Shown: positions 25,634 to 39,075, numbered from the whole stretch's first letter. The stretch: DNA of 63,847 bases, filler included, from Octopus bimaculoides (GCF_001194135.2; 5 parts of 4 records of this genome joined end to end with filler, not necessarily neighbours in it); one strand, 5' to 3'. The notes: a model not told the origin generated them from the letters alone. Made by a program: numbers and translations.

Positions 25634-25946
25634 AGTCAATAATAATAGAGAAATAATTTGATGACATTTTATTGTTAAATTTAATGTCAGCAAACTGTTT
25701 CTCTATCACTTATGACTTTATGACTTTATGCACTCCTTATCGTTTTCTCTTCTGTCGTACTATACACTCTATATGTTTTGTAGAATGATACATTAAGGAG
25801 CTTCTTTTTATGAATAGTACCGGATTACTTGAATCCATATATTGTGACTTTAATATATATATAATTGTTGAAGAGGACATCAAGCGTTAAGGCAAGGCAA
25901 ACATCTCAAGTCATATACATTATTATTATTGGAAAAAAATTTGAAA

Positions 25947-26002
25947 GTCTTGCAGCTGTTTCTGAGATATCCCAGAGTATGGGATATTCCGTCATCGGAG
26001 AG
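25947..26002 (-). ncRNA. Decayed hammerhead motif
   Basis: Minus: CCGATGA-CGGA-ATATCCC-ATACTCT-GGGATAT-CTCA-GAAAC-AGCT-GCA; two core changes (U4C, GUA>GCA). Confidence 0.35.
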
Positions 26003-26124
26003 AAATAGGAAAAATATATATATCATCAATCTATACCCTTCTCATATATATATATATAATGCAAAGAAAATGGAGAATGTGTACACAGAATAATCAATAT
26101 ATCTATTATAATAGTCAATTTATG

Positions 26125-26222
26125 TTGCCTACGCGCGTTTCGGGTTTAGTTACTTAAATTCATATTTATGCAATTAAATTGCATAATGAATTTGAAAAAG
26201 CAAAAAACCTTCGTCAGAGCAA
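26125..26222 (-). ncRNA. Type I hammerhead motif in Penelope-like terminal repeat (copy A)
   Basis: Minus strand: TTGCT-CTGACGA-AGGTTT...AAACCC-GAAAC-GCGC-GTA-GGCAA. 5-bp stem I; long stem II containing TATGCAAT-TTA-ATTGCATA; A.C mismatch at the base of stem II. Confidence 0.7.
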
Positions 26223-28140
26223 GAGTTTATCAAAATAATAATTGACCGTTATTTTATACATCATAACGGATGGAGAGTTCAATTCAATTGAATTATGGTC
26301 TGTGCGTCTTGGATTCCGCTGTAAAAATAACTAAAAGCTGATTTTGACCCCACTGGACAAAGGATAAGCATAGTTCAGAAGAACTAGGTCATGTTACTAT
26401 CCACCCTTTTTATTGGTGCCAACTAGCTTTTTACAAGCTGGTCTTTTATCATTATATCTAAAAAACACATTCCTCATTAACTATATAGATTTATAAACCC
26501 CCTTTACAAATGGTACTATGTATTTAAATGTTCTTACTTATTGGTAAAAATATAAATTTAGGTATGTACTTATTTGTTACCTTTTACTTATTTATTCATT
26601 TATTGTTTATTTTTATTGCAAGATTGTTTGTTACTAATACAAATTATTCATTGAGATATATTACTTGATAGTTTGGGTTCTTATACTAGTCCATTTAATT
26701 AATGGTACAGAATTATGATTCTTATTTACTATGTACACAGTGTTTATTTTTACCTAAATATGATTAATTACAAAGAAGATATATTTAACTTTAGGCACTT
26801 TGGTATTGTATTATTCATACAGTGTTTATTTAGATTAAATTTATTTAAATTCAATAAATATAAAATTTTAACTATATGATAGACAAAACATATCATTTCC
26901 CTCTTATTAATAGTATAATTTATTTAGATACATTAGTTGATTGTTTAGGTTCCTACATTATTCGTCAATTTAATTAATAGTGTAGAGGCACGATTCTTAG
27001 CATATACCTTCTGCTTAATTCTTTAATTAAAACTATTTAAAATCAACGAAAGTATTATTCTCATGTATAACTGGATTATTCCCCCAGTTTCTATTTAATT
27101 ATATTCATTCGAATTTATTTAAACTTATCAAATGCATATTTAACTCTATGCACGCAATAAAAACCTCTTTCTCTCTTGTTGTTTAATAATTTGTGTTTTG
27201 ATGTAAGAGTTTCATAAAGTTCCTCTACACACACTCCACATCTTTTAGTCTTAATGCTATAAGATTTTGCCCAGCTAATTACTTCCTACCTAAGTGTATA
27301 TTCCTTATTTTTATCCTTAATCGCCCAAATTAGTTTACTACGACTAGTGCTAGCTTCTTTTCGCCTATCCCTAAAGGTATCTTCGTGGTTCACTATCCTT
27401 CTTTTTATACAATTTTCAGTAGAACCTATATAGTAGGAATCCTTTCCCTCCGATGTTACCTTACACCCGTATATAACCTCTTTTTTGCTACAAAAATTAT
27501 TCATCAATGGACATCGATCTTCCCTGACACAATCACAGGTTTTATTTTTAAGAGCATTCTTTGTTTCTTTACCAGATATGCTCTGCTTGTATACTTTGTC
27601 TTCCGAGTAACTCTCGCTATATTTATTTGCTGTGTTTGGAGTCCAAACTATTAACCTATTCGTCCGTCTTTGCCTTGTTTTCTTCATCTATCTTAATGTT
27701 TATATCGTTATCTCCTATACGGTCTTTGATACTATTATAAATACCAGAATTGATAAATGTATTATTAGTGCTTGTATTTCTATTATCGTTTTAGCTATTA
27801 GTATTTTGTTTATTATTTCTTCACTTTTTAGATTTCATGCTTATAGTTTTAGATTCTAGTGCCTCTAAGAGTTATTTCCATTCCTTCGTTTCATGTGTAT
27901 CTCAATCTATTATTAAATTTTTCATTATTTTGATCATTTAATAATTCATTTATATTATCTTTACCATTATTATTACAGAAATCCTTTAATCTTTTAGTAG
28001 TTTGTATAGATATAATTTGTGCTATGTTTCGAGAAGTACAAAAGCTAGCTCTTAACATGTGCGAATTTATAATTTTATGGTATTTATTTTACTCAGAAAA
28101 CTGTTTAGATACTGCTTCGTAGAATAACTTCACTATATTA

Positions 28141-28233
28141 GTTCTGACGGAGGTTTTCACTTTTGCAAATTCATAATGCAATTTAATTGCATAAATATGG
28201 ATTTAAGTAATTAAAACTGAAACGCGCGTAGGC
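28141..28233 (+). ncRNA. Hammerhead motif, inverted copy B (A9G, probably impaired)
   Basis: GTT-CTGACGG-AGGTTTT...AAAACT-GAAAC-GCGC-GTA-GGC; reverse-complement paralogue of copy A. Confidence 0.55.
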
Positions 28234-29632
28234 AACATAAATTGACTATTATTATAATAAATATATTGATTATTCTGTGTATACATTCTCAATTTTTTTT
28301 GCATTGTTAAAATATTTCTCCTATATCTAAAAGATGAAAACATCTATAGCGACAACTTGGATTTCAACGTTTAGATGGGTGTATTTGTGTGTGTAGAGGA
28401 GTGAAATCTAGAACACACTTTTCCGACAGAATCTTGTGAAATTTTACAATCCAGTTGATATTGTATGAAGACCAGAAAAACTAGTCAGAACTTATCCTGA
28501 AGGCAAGAGTTAAACCAAATAATTTTCCTTTTTACTGTCCTTAAGTTTTTTATTTATTGTCAGTGTGGTGTTTTCATATATATTTCATATTTTGCTGAGA
28601 TTAACAAGCGAGATTTTCGGTACACACACACACACACACACGCACACACACACACACACGCACACACACACACTCACGAACACGCCCCCCCCCATATATA
28701 TATGTATATGAACAGGGCCTGCGCCATGGTACAGTACCCTTCTTTAGTTGTACAATGTATTCTTCTTTCACCTAACTCCACAGCGTTTGAACCTTTTTTC
28801 CATTATTCTTTGACTACTTTTTCCAGCCATCAAACTCCATACACCAATTGAAAAATGCAGCTGAAAACTTATAAATAGCTTGTGAGCAAAATATCTGTAG
28901 TTTTATGATTTTGAACAAATTTACCTGGTAACACTTGAAATGTTTCTCGTTAAATTACGTGATTAATCGTTCACACTTCTCAGCCCTCTCGTCTTTCCTG
29001 CCTATTATCCTCCTCATTTCCGGAGAGGCCACACTTTTCTCTTTATTACTGGATTTTCATGATTTTAATTAAATATGAACGTATATAGAAACATGTGCAA
29101 AAATGACTTGTCACGTACTAATAATGTTATAAAAGCGATGGCAAAATCTCATTTAGCAAATGTATTGCAACTACTCGTCCTAGATCACGTAGACTTATGA
29201 GATAAAGTAAATGCTAATAAGGTACAAAAATGATATTTATCTAGCTACTGAGTGACGGTATTGATGGTCACTAAGAAAAAATAATAATAAAAAAAAAATT
29301 AAGAGCTAGTGAACAAACGATGAACAGGTGATTAAAATATATTACAACGAGATATAGTCTTAATAAGGAAATAATTACTTAGTTGCAACCTGAGCATATA
29401 ATCAATGAAATTAGTACTGGAAAATATTTCTTTAAAATCCTTACTGTTGTTTTATTAAATTTTTCTATGGAAATTGTATCTTTATTTTAAATTATTCTGT
29501 AAAAAGTTATTTCGATGTATATATATACACACACACACACATATATGTATATCCGGATGCATGTGTATATCTGTATGCGAGTATATATATATATATATCT
29601 CTGTGTGTGTGTGTGTGTGTGTGTGTACATAG

Positions 29633-29689
<57 letters not shown>

Positions 29690-30617
29690 CTAGCGATAAA
29701 TCGTGTTTCTAAGGCTACAAAGAGTGCCCCAATTTTAGTACAACGGAATTACGAATTACACTGAGTCGAGAATATCCAGAACTCACAAATAACGTAACAA
29801 ATCTCGTGTATAATAAAAACATAAAGCTTAAAATAAGTATGGAAGCAAAACACGATGCTACCAGAATATGTACATCGAATAATATTACAAGATTGAGTAT
29901 ACAAATTATCCAATTATAGAAAATTCACAAAACTATAAATGGAGAGCTTTTGTGCGGCAAAAATCCAGTCCGAAGACCTACACTGGTCACTATACCCAAA
30001 GAAGCGAGCCAACCATGAGGCTGATTGGAATGTTTACAGCTTATCAAACTTCACTGAAGGACCATGAAGTGTTATTTCTTTTGTTTAACAGCAGAGCAGT
30101 ACTAAATAGGTATACCTATTATCAAAGACCTTCCAATGGTAACATATTATCTTTTTTTCCTTTACATTTTTCAATGAGTCCCTTGTCTTTGAAAGTAGAT
30201 GGATAAGATTTGAGAAGTATCCGATTACTATATGTAGCCGGTCGACTGACCAAGTAGAGGGTCCCCGGCCGCTGTGTAAGGTACGTACATATACACATAT
30301 GCATATACATAGGAAAAAAACATACACATATATAAACAAATTTTATGACAGGTCTGCTTATCACTTCCATATAATCAGCATCATATAAAACATACATGTG
30401 TATTACACACGTGCTGTTGATATTTTTCCTTCTCTGGACTTTTCCGTTTTCCTTTCTAGCGAAGAGCTATGCTCGGAACGCCTATATGCACGTCCGCTTG
30501 TTTTGTTTTTCAATGTTCGATTATTCGACTTGGCTACACATACATACATACATACATACATACATACATACATACACACACATACATACATACATATGTA
30601 TATATACATACATACAT

Positions 30618-30671
<54 letters not shown>

Positions 30672-30771
30672 NNNNNNNNNNNNNNNNNNNNNNNNNNNNN
30701 NNNNNNNNNNNNNNNTTAATTAATTAANNNNNNNNNNNNNNNNNNNNNNNNNNNNNNNNNNNNNNNNNNNN
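30672..30771. other. Artificial scaffold join (44N-TTAATTAATTAA-44N)
   Basis: Exactly 100 bp; self-complementary 12-mer with TAA in all six frames. Confidence 0.95.
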
Positions 30772-31080
30772 TCTACTATACCCTCGGGCCGACCAAAGCC
30801 TTGTGAGTGGATTTGGTAGACGGAAACTGAAAGAAGCCCGTCGTATATATATATATTTATGTATGTGTGTTTGTGTGTCTGTGTTTGTCCCCCCTCCATC
30901 GCTTGACAACCAATTCTGGTGTGTTTACGTCCCCGTAACTTAGCGGATCGGCAAAAGAGACTGATAGAATAAGTACTAGGCTTACAAAGAATAAGTCCTG
31001 GGGTCGATTTGTTCGATTAAAGGCGGTGCTCCAGCATGGCCGCAGTCAAATGACTGAAACAAGTAAAAGAGTAAAAGAGA
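30772..31080 (+). mobile_element. SINE family 2, 5' end lost in the join
   Basis: tctactata..cctcgggccgaccaaagccttgtgagtgg through gagtaaaagag; near-consensus. Confidence 0.85.
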
Positions 31081-31475
31081 TATATATTTCCCAGATTCAT
31101 AATCTCTGTATTTTTCTATGTAGATAACAAAAAAAAAAAAAGAAAAAAATTTGAAAGAAAAAGTTACAAATGAAGAAATTGTGGTGGTGATATAGGGAAA
31201 TTATACGATGAAACAATACATAGTTTGTGATCCTCCTTAATAACAGAAAGCACTTTCATGCAAACCCATGCAAATTGTACCCTTGCCCTATCAGCTTTGC
31301 TGATTCTGCCCATAAGAAAGGAGCAAATGATACAATGTGCTTGTAGGTCATAACACCTGGGCAATACTGGGATGCATTGCTAGAGTGTGTGTGCGTATAT
31401 ATATGCATAGTCTGCCATTATCTGTATGTATCTATCTCTATGTCCTCGTCTGTTGTTGTTTTTTCGTATATTGTC

Positions 31476-31522
<47 letters not shown>

Positions 31523-31706
31523 CCCTTGTAGACCTATATCCATATGTTCTTTTTAATATCTGTTTGTAAGCATATCATTATATATCCCAACATACATGTA
31601 TAAGTATTAAGTTATTTTAATCTTATGCGTGTGTATGAGTTTTTTTGTGCTGGTATATATGTATGTCTATATGTTTATGTCGATGTGCACATGTGTATGT
31701 ATATAT

Positions 31707-32500
31707 ACTAGCTGATGTACCTGGTAATTCCCGGGAAAGCAGGGCTTATCCCTTGGTTCTGTTCTCCTAACTGTTTTGCTAATCCAGTAACAACAATATA
31801 AAGTATGTAACCCTTTTGTGCATTTATTGAGAATACTGAACTGTCTTACACAGGATCTTGTTTTTAGGAATCCCCAATAAGTTGTGATTACCCAAATTGT
31901 GAAGTCAGTTATGTAATAACATGAAATTAATTACCCGATAGTAAGAATTCAAATAAAGTAGCTCTGAAAAGGGCTTTAGTACGTTCCCAGAGTACATAGA
32001 ACTTAGGAGGAAATACTAATAAGGTATGTGTACTAAAATCGTGAAGTATGTTACGTAATAACAGGCTAAGCAGATATGAGATAATAACAATTCAAAGTAA
32101 ATAACTCTGAAAAAAGCTTTTGTACATTTGCAGAGAATATTACCCTCAGCGGCGCTAGTGTTGGTATATTTGCGAATAAGTCACTAACCGAAATAAGTGG
32201 ATTTATTATTTAGGAAAATACTATTTACTTGTTTAAGCATTGTACTCGATAAATTGTGAAAATACTAAGAAATACTAAGAAATAAGCATACTCAATTTGA
32301 TTTATATGAAATAATTTATGAATATGAATGGGTTATTTCCCTTGGATATTTAAAAATAATATATTAGCTGTATATAGTATTATCGATTTTTTCAGCAATC
32401 TAAGTATATCACTAGTTTTCCAGACACGAGTTCTACTCACATGTCAAATTTCATCAAAATCAATAAAACGATGTTGGTGAATTCAGACCTATGTATAAAC
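31707..32500. mobile_element. Possible Helentron/HINE-like non-autonomous element
   Basis: Starts tactagctgatgtacctggtaattcccggg; subterminal aaatttcatcaaaatc. Family call rests on recalled motifs only. Confidence 0.35.
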
Positions 32501-33558
32501 ATTATTTATGTACGTGTACATGGGTACAAGTGTTCAGTGTATAAGGGTGTCTCTGTGTTATTGTTTGTCTATAGGGTGCATATGTGTATTATCGTATGTT
32601 TCGGTGTCTGATTAGATTTTTGTCCATAATTGTCAGTGTATATATTGTATATGTGTATATCGTGGTTTTTATACATACATGTTTAGTTGTACTGGTATCT
32701 ACATGCATAAACCATTATATATATAGAACTATGTATGACACAAAGAGATTTTGTTTTGATTAAGCGTATCCATCCATGCCAATATTTTAAATTTTTGCAA
32801 TCTCCATAGCAGACATAAACTAGACCATTCCTCCCCCCCTGTTTATTATCCCTCCTACACTAGTCAATATTCAAAAATATTTACTTTCTCTTAACTTATT
32901 TTTAAATCTTCAATATATTAATTTTTCTATATATTATTCCATGAATGGTTTATAGGTTTAGCAGCAGACATTATAAGTAAAATACCCTCTCATCTTCATA
33001 TTTTATTTCTTAATCTTGTAATTTTTATACTTTTTTATATCGTTTTATAAACTGCTTTTAGTATCTACTATGTTACTGCTTCGACTACTTTCTGTAACAT
33101 CCACTTATCTCCTTCTATAATTCTGACATTATTTACATAAAACTTTCTATTATAAATTTTGTATACCACTAACCATTTATGATTGCTTTTAAACATTTTT
33201 CTAATTTATAAAGAAGCTGTAATGGTTATTAATGGTTAAATATAAATTTCAGTCTCCAGTATTTAAAATTCTGTACTTCCTTATTTGGATATTCTTTTTT
33301 CAACACCACTCGCTTCTTATTTCTTATATGGGAGTTTAAAATTAGCTCCTTTATACTAATCTATAGAAAGAAAGTTACCTATATTTGTATATCATATATA
33401 TATAGCATCACCTAACTGTTACCCGGTAGTCGTGTTTCAAATAGACGTGACTCCAAGACCAATTACACATTACAAAAATTAGTAAGAACACCATACCCAT
33501 GTAATTCTAAAGTCCCCCTTTTTTCTTTATTCAGTTCTTCTTATTTTTTTTCTTATTG

Positions 33559-33638
33559 TGCTACTGATGAGTACTCTTTGACAACTCAGATTCTTAAAAT
33601 GAATTTATTGTCTTTCTGTATGAAACGATCGTATGGCG
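33559..33638 (+). ncRNA. Type I hammerhead ribozyme motif (Penelope-type), intact core
   Basis: Stem I GCTA/TGGC; core CTGATGA (33564-70); stem II GTAC/GTAT with inner GACAA/TTGTC and AGATTC/GAATTT helices; GAAAC-GATC-GTA (palindromic helix III ACGATCGT). Predicted cut after 33633. Confidence 0.75.
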
Positions 33639-34867
33639 AAATAAAAAAAAAATATTTTATTCCATATTAACATCTAATCTCCTCCATTTATGAAAAATAT
33701 GTTTGAAATTGTCAAATTTCATTCTATAACTTAAACTATATACTTAATATACTTATATAACCTTTCATATCTACACCTGTTTTCATCAGTAAATTCAAAG
33801 TAAAGTATGAAGAATCAACATTAGAAATCTTTTGGAAACTACTCCAATTAAGGGACAAATCCACATTCAACCCTTTTTAAAAATATGTGTATATATATTT
33901 ACGTATATATATGCTAACTTTTATATGTGTGTGTGTGTGGTCAGTATGCTTCTTTCAGTTTCCAAATCCACTCTCAAGGATTTGCTCAGGCTAGGGCTAT
34001 TGTAGAAAACACTTGTCCAATTTGCTGCATAGTGGGACCAAATCTGAAGCCATATGGTTGGGGAGCAAACTTCTTAAACACACAACCTTACCTTTATAGA
34101 TATAGGTTTAATCCTATGACGTAAACTAACCATTTTTCAGTTTTGTATTTAGTTTTTTTTTTGTTTTTATCTTCTGTCCGTATTAAGTTTTCCTCTCTGT
34201 TTCACTATAAACATTACATCATTGACAGAATAATGATGGCCATACCACAAATTGTTTACAGCTGGTTTAGAAAGTTTACTTCAACCACTTCATATCTAAC
34301 AAAGATTCCAGTGAATCAAAATGATGGTACTTTTGCTGTTGAGCAAACATTCTCTTTCTTAATTTTTTTTCCATTTGCAGTAATTATTAAACATTTCACT
34401 ATTTATATTATTGCCTAATACATATGACATATTTTGCATATATTCTGCCATGCCAGAAGGAATTAATTTTTCTTATTTCACATTTATTTTCTCCATGCCA
34501 GTACACTGGCAATAATTTGAAGTATTTTCCAAGCATTGTTCATTGTAACTCTCAAAAATATTCTTTACTTTGATATACTTTAATTTGTAGTTAGGTTTTT
34601 CAATGAAGCATCAACAGTGTTTTTGGCAGCTTATATTAAGAGCTCCTGTACTCATGGTTCTGTAGATTTTAATATTATCATATGAATCTCTTTATTTTTT
34701 GTTTTTGTTGCATGCCAATATTAAAGCCAAATCTTCAACAAAGGCTTGAACAGACTAATATCTCTGCTATAGTTATTTTCTCTACTGATGTACTTGGTTT
34801 CTCCAAATTTTCAGTTTGATGAAACATTTTTATGTCATTGGTGATTGTGGTTTTTGTTGCTTTACAG

Positions 34868-35009
34868 ATTCCTTCGCTATGGAAATCGTATGAAAATAGC
34901 TGGTGAGTTGAGATTTGGTGATATTGTTGAGCGTCACATGATAGATGGAGACATTGTGCTTTTCAACCGACAACCTTCACTTCATAAACTGAGTATCCAA
35001 GCTTTTTTT
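34868..35009 (+). CDS. POLR3A: RNA polymerase III largest subunit (RPC1), internal exon A
   Basis: tttacag acceptor and gtgagt donor. Encodes (R)[47 protein letters not shown], matching the RPC1 '[13 protein letters not shown]' region. In frame with exon B. Confidence 0.96.
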
Positions 35010-35400
35010 GTGAGTAACACAGTTTTCTTGTCATTCAGTATTGCCAAAATAGTTGTCTGTTTTAATCTACTAAAAAGTTATTATCTAAATACAAAGGGCT
35101 TTGTAGTTGGGGTCAACCTTTCTCATTTCATGGAGAAAAAGTTCATAGACTGTATTGAATTTCAGTTATTGATTTTGGTTGAAGTAGCTGCCTTCTGCTT
35201 AGGAGAATATAATGCATGCATGCATCCATCTAGCCATCCATCCATACATACAAACAAACAAATGTTACCTGTTTTATAATGGGTTACTTTGGAAGTTTAC
35301 TTATGTCATCATGAGTAATTTGATAAAACTTAAATTATAATTATTTTATGCATGTTATTTTACTTGATATTACACATGGTGGCAAAAGTGTATTATTCTT

Positions 35401-35608
35401 TTCTACTGTAGACACAAGACCCAAAATTTTGTTGGGGAGGCAGTTGATTAGATCAATCTCAGTATGCAACTGGTACTTAATTTATTGACCCCAAAAGGTT
35501 GAAAAGCAAAGTCGACCTCAGTGGAATTTGAACTCAGAATGTAAAGACAGATGAAATACCACTAAGCATTTCGCCCGACGTGCTAATGTTTCTGCCAGCT
35601 CGCTGCCC
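35401..35608 (-). mobile_element. SINE family 3 in POLR3A intron A-B, antisense
   Basis: Reverse complement of the 46590 copy. Confidence 0.85.
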
Positions 35609-36264
35609 TTCAAAGGTGTATTATTGTAGCAATCATAGTCATATATTAATCTGGAAAAAATTGCTATAAATTCTTAAGTTAGCAAATACCCTAGTGATTA
35701 ATGAAAAAAAGCTTACTCTGCTAGCAAATGTCTTACTTAGAAAGCATGTAAGGAAAATTTCCATTGCAATGAATATTAACTATTGCAGAACCTTTTTCAG
35801 CTGCAGCCAACTACATACGGCTATATAAACCTACTGCTTTTTTACCTCATCCTATCAACTGGTTGTCAAGTTTATCCTTCTATTTAAACTGTTGTTATGT
35901 CATTATGTATGTGTTTGCACATGTGTGTGTCATCAACAGAAGATTGTATGTGAGAGTGTGTGTGTAAGCATATGTCATGTATTTAATGTCCAACAACTGC
36001 ATAGCTTTTACCATCTTTACCATTCTTCTGTCACTGGTTGTCAATTTCAGTATTTCTCTACCGACACGAACTACTTTTAACTCTCTTTTCATCTCTCTTT
36101 TATTTTCTCACCATCTTTCTATATGATGTAAAGTGTGAGTGGAGAAATCAACCAACCAACAAATCAATCAGCCAACATTTATACTGGTTATTTTTGTTGT
36201 TGTTGCTGCTGTTATGTGTATGTATATGTGTGTGGATGGATGGTCAAACAGATCTAACATAATA

Positions 36265-37521
36265 TTGGGTTATCCCATAAATAATGTGGTTTTTTCAGTT
36301 GCATGCACTAAAAGTCAGAGGGAGATGGGATAAACTACCTGCATCAACTTGCCATAAAGACAGGTAGTAATTTTACCTTGTACTTATTCTTAGTGTAAGT
36401 TTTGAAGTGTACAGTTTGATTTTGACAGTTATATTTTCAAAGTTATTATGGAAGTAACAAAGGAGCATATTCAGCATATTTTGAATATGAGTTCAATAAC
36501 AGCAACAACGCAACAGAAAGTGCAAGGAATATTAATGCAGTACATGGGGATTGGACAATAAGCATAAGCCAGTGTCAACAGTGGTTCCAGAAATTCTAAA
36601 CCGGAAACTACTGCCTAGAAGCTGAGCCTCATCTTGGAAGATCTGTACAGCTTGACGAGGATGTCCTGCAAACTCTGGTGGAACAAAATTCCATCATAAC
36701 TGTTGAGGAACTAGTAGAGAATCTTGGATTTGGTCATTCAACCATTCATCAACACCTGAGTGCCATCGGAAAAGTCAGAAAATTGGGTCAGTGGGTTTCT
36801 CACAAACTTTCTGCGTCTAATTGCACACAGAGAGTGAATGTGTGCTCTTCTTTGCTGTCACGTCTCACGAATGAACCTTTTTTAGACTGAATAGTGACTG
36901 GTGATGAGAAATGGGTTCTCTATAAAAATGTCAAGCACTGAAGACAGTGGGTAGGGAAAGGAGAAACACCAGCACCCCAGGCTAAAGAAGGTCTTCACCT
37001 ACATAAGGTGTTGTTATCTGTTTGGTGGGATATGAAATTTTAGTCCACTTTGAACTTTTAAACCAAACCCAAATCAAACAAAAACAAAGGTGATCTATTG
37101 CCAGCAGCTTGAGCGGGTCTGTGCTGGAAAGAAAACGACCATCTTTAGTTTCAAGGCAAAAGATGTTCTTCCATCAGGATAATACTCTGCCACGTACAGT
37201 GAGGATGACATTCCAAAGGCTGGAGTAATTTGAATGGGAAACAATGCCTCACCCACCATATTCGCTGGACATTGCAGTCTTCAAAATCATATGGATGGAA
37301 AAAATATGAATTATGTAGATGAGGTCATAACAGTACTGGAGGAGTGTTTTTCATCATGGACAAGTGAATTTTGGAAGAGGGGCTTTGCAAGACTACCAGA
37401 CAGATGGAAGAGCATTATAGAAAATGAAGAAGAGTATATTTTAGATTAAAAAAGAACTTTGTCTTAATTTTGAAAAATATAAGAAGCATAAAAAAGACAC
37501 ATTATTTATGGGATGGTCCAA
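36265..37521 (+). mobile_element. Full-length, defective mariner (Hsmar1/SETMAR-like) in POLR3A intron A-B
   Basis: TA-flanked TIRs ttgggttatcccataaataatgtg / cacattatttatgggatggtccaa; MEVTKEHIQHIL..YEF...WVSHKLS..FLD*IVTGDEKWVLY...KVLLSVWWD; stops and frameshifts. Confidence 0.92.
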
Positions 37522-38031
37522 TATAATCTTAAACTGTTTATGCAGTTAATTATTCATTCTTTCTAGCTAATATTTCGGCCAAGCTATTAGAATGCTAGAC
37601 TATCAGCTGAAAGTGCTCTCTACTTAACAGTGTATCACATGACATTGTGCTGCATTGTATCCTTAGTAAAGAAACTCAACTCTCAGTGGGTACTCTAAAT
37701 AACAGTAATTAAACACCAAATGGAAGTACAGTTTACTGAGCAGCATTAAAACTCAGTGGTTGACAAGTTTCATCTTTTTGTTTAAAACAATCTACATCCA
37801 TTACCAAGGGTTACCCCTTTACCAATGGTAATAGTGTTATGCCTGCTAATGATGGTAGAATTTTGATGTTTGAAAAGAAAAAACTCTGAATAATAGTTTT
37901 AAAAAAATACTTTACAATTCAAGTAAAAATGTCTTTTGAAAATTCTTAACACTATATTAATTTCAATTTCGAATTTTTCAAAATAAACTTTAATTATTTT
38001 TTTTATGATGACCTCTGTTCTCTTCTTGCAG

Positions 38032-38172
38032 GCCAAAGTCATGCCTCACCGAACATTCCGTTTTAATGAGTGTTGCTGTGGACCTTTCAATGCAGATTTT
38101 GATGGTGATGAAATGAACTTACATCTACCACAGACAGAAGAAGCTAAGGCAGAAGCTTTAGTATTAATGGGG
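38032..38172 (+). CDS. POLR3A: RPC1 internal exon B containing the catalytic NADFDGD motif
   Basis: tcttcttgcag acceptor and gtaaga donor; 141 nt. Encodes [47 protein letters not shown]. '[16 protein letters not shown]' is Pol III-type rather than Pol II-type. Confidence 0.97.
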
Positions 38173-38953
38173 GTAAGATTCAGTATTGACTTATTCATTC
38201 TGGTATTAATGAGATTTGGATTGTGTTGGACTTTGAATGTTGTTGTAGCGTATTTCTGACCTGTTCAAATAAACCTGTGATGGTAGCCAGTAAAATTGTT
38301 GGTTACAAGCATGGTATATCTGCAGCTTCTTGGAGATTGAAATTTTCTTGCATGTAGTTCCCATTTTAGTGAACAGAGATATTTGAAACCTACCTAGAAG
38401 TTCCTTTGCTATCTCATGCAATGGATGGTTTATGGTAATAGATGTGAAGGACTGTCTCTGTATATTTGAAAGCTTTAGATTGCTGAATCAGTAGGGTGCT
38501 ACTGACTAACCATTTTAAGGTCGGTAGTACTACATCATTAACAGTGTGTTGTCAATGATAGAACTGTAAAAGTTGACAGGTATTTCATTACCTTACAGGG
38601 CTAAGTTTTTAGTCTGTGTGTGAAATTGAATCACTTTAATAATTAGATAAGTATATGACAACATGATCCAACTTTGAGTCTCTGCATAGATTTGAGTCTT
38701 GACAGTGGTGCTAACACAATCCTAAATTCTATTCTATGTCCAAAGTCAACTTGAAAATTTAGGTATGTATATAAAAAAAAAAACTGTAAAAAAAGTCAGT
38801 GAAGATGTTAAGGGTGGTTAAGATGAATTAATTACATAAGTTATATTAAAAGTATTGTTTGATAATTAATGAAAGTTCTATAAGTAGATAAACAAAAAAT
38901 ACAAACCCACAATGTATAACAATAATTTTATGGTGGAGGCCATTCTGTTGCAG

Positions 38954-39023
38954 TCAAAATCCAACATTATCACACCAAGAAATGGAGAACCACTTATTGC
39001 TGCCATCCAAGATTTCATCACAG
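38954..39023 (+). CDS. POLR3A: RPC1 internal exon C (ends at a GC donor)
   Basis: ctgttgcag acceptor; encodes [23 protein letters not shown](G). Donor is AG|GCAAGT; phase 1 matches exon D. Confidence 0.93.
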
Positions 39024-39075
39024 GCAAGTTCCTTCTTATAATAAATATGTCAACAACAGAATTGGATCAAATTGT

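Larger units (their letters stand above)
26059..28305 (-). mobile_element. Penelope-like element: GIY-YIG endonuclease relic between inverted hammerhead-bearing terminal repeats
   Basis: 27130-27700 minus: TCDCVREDRCPLMNNFCSKKEVIYGCKVT..SYYIGSTE..KRRIVNH..TFR...SKLIWAIKDKN..RCGVCVEE. 26059-26222 is inverted at 28139-28305. Confidence 0.85.
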
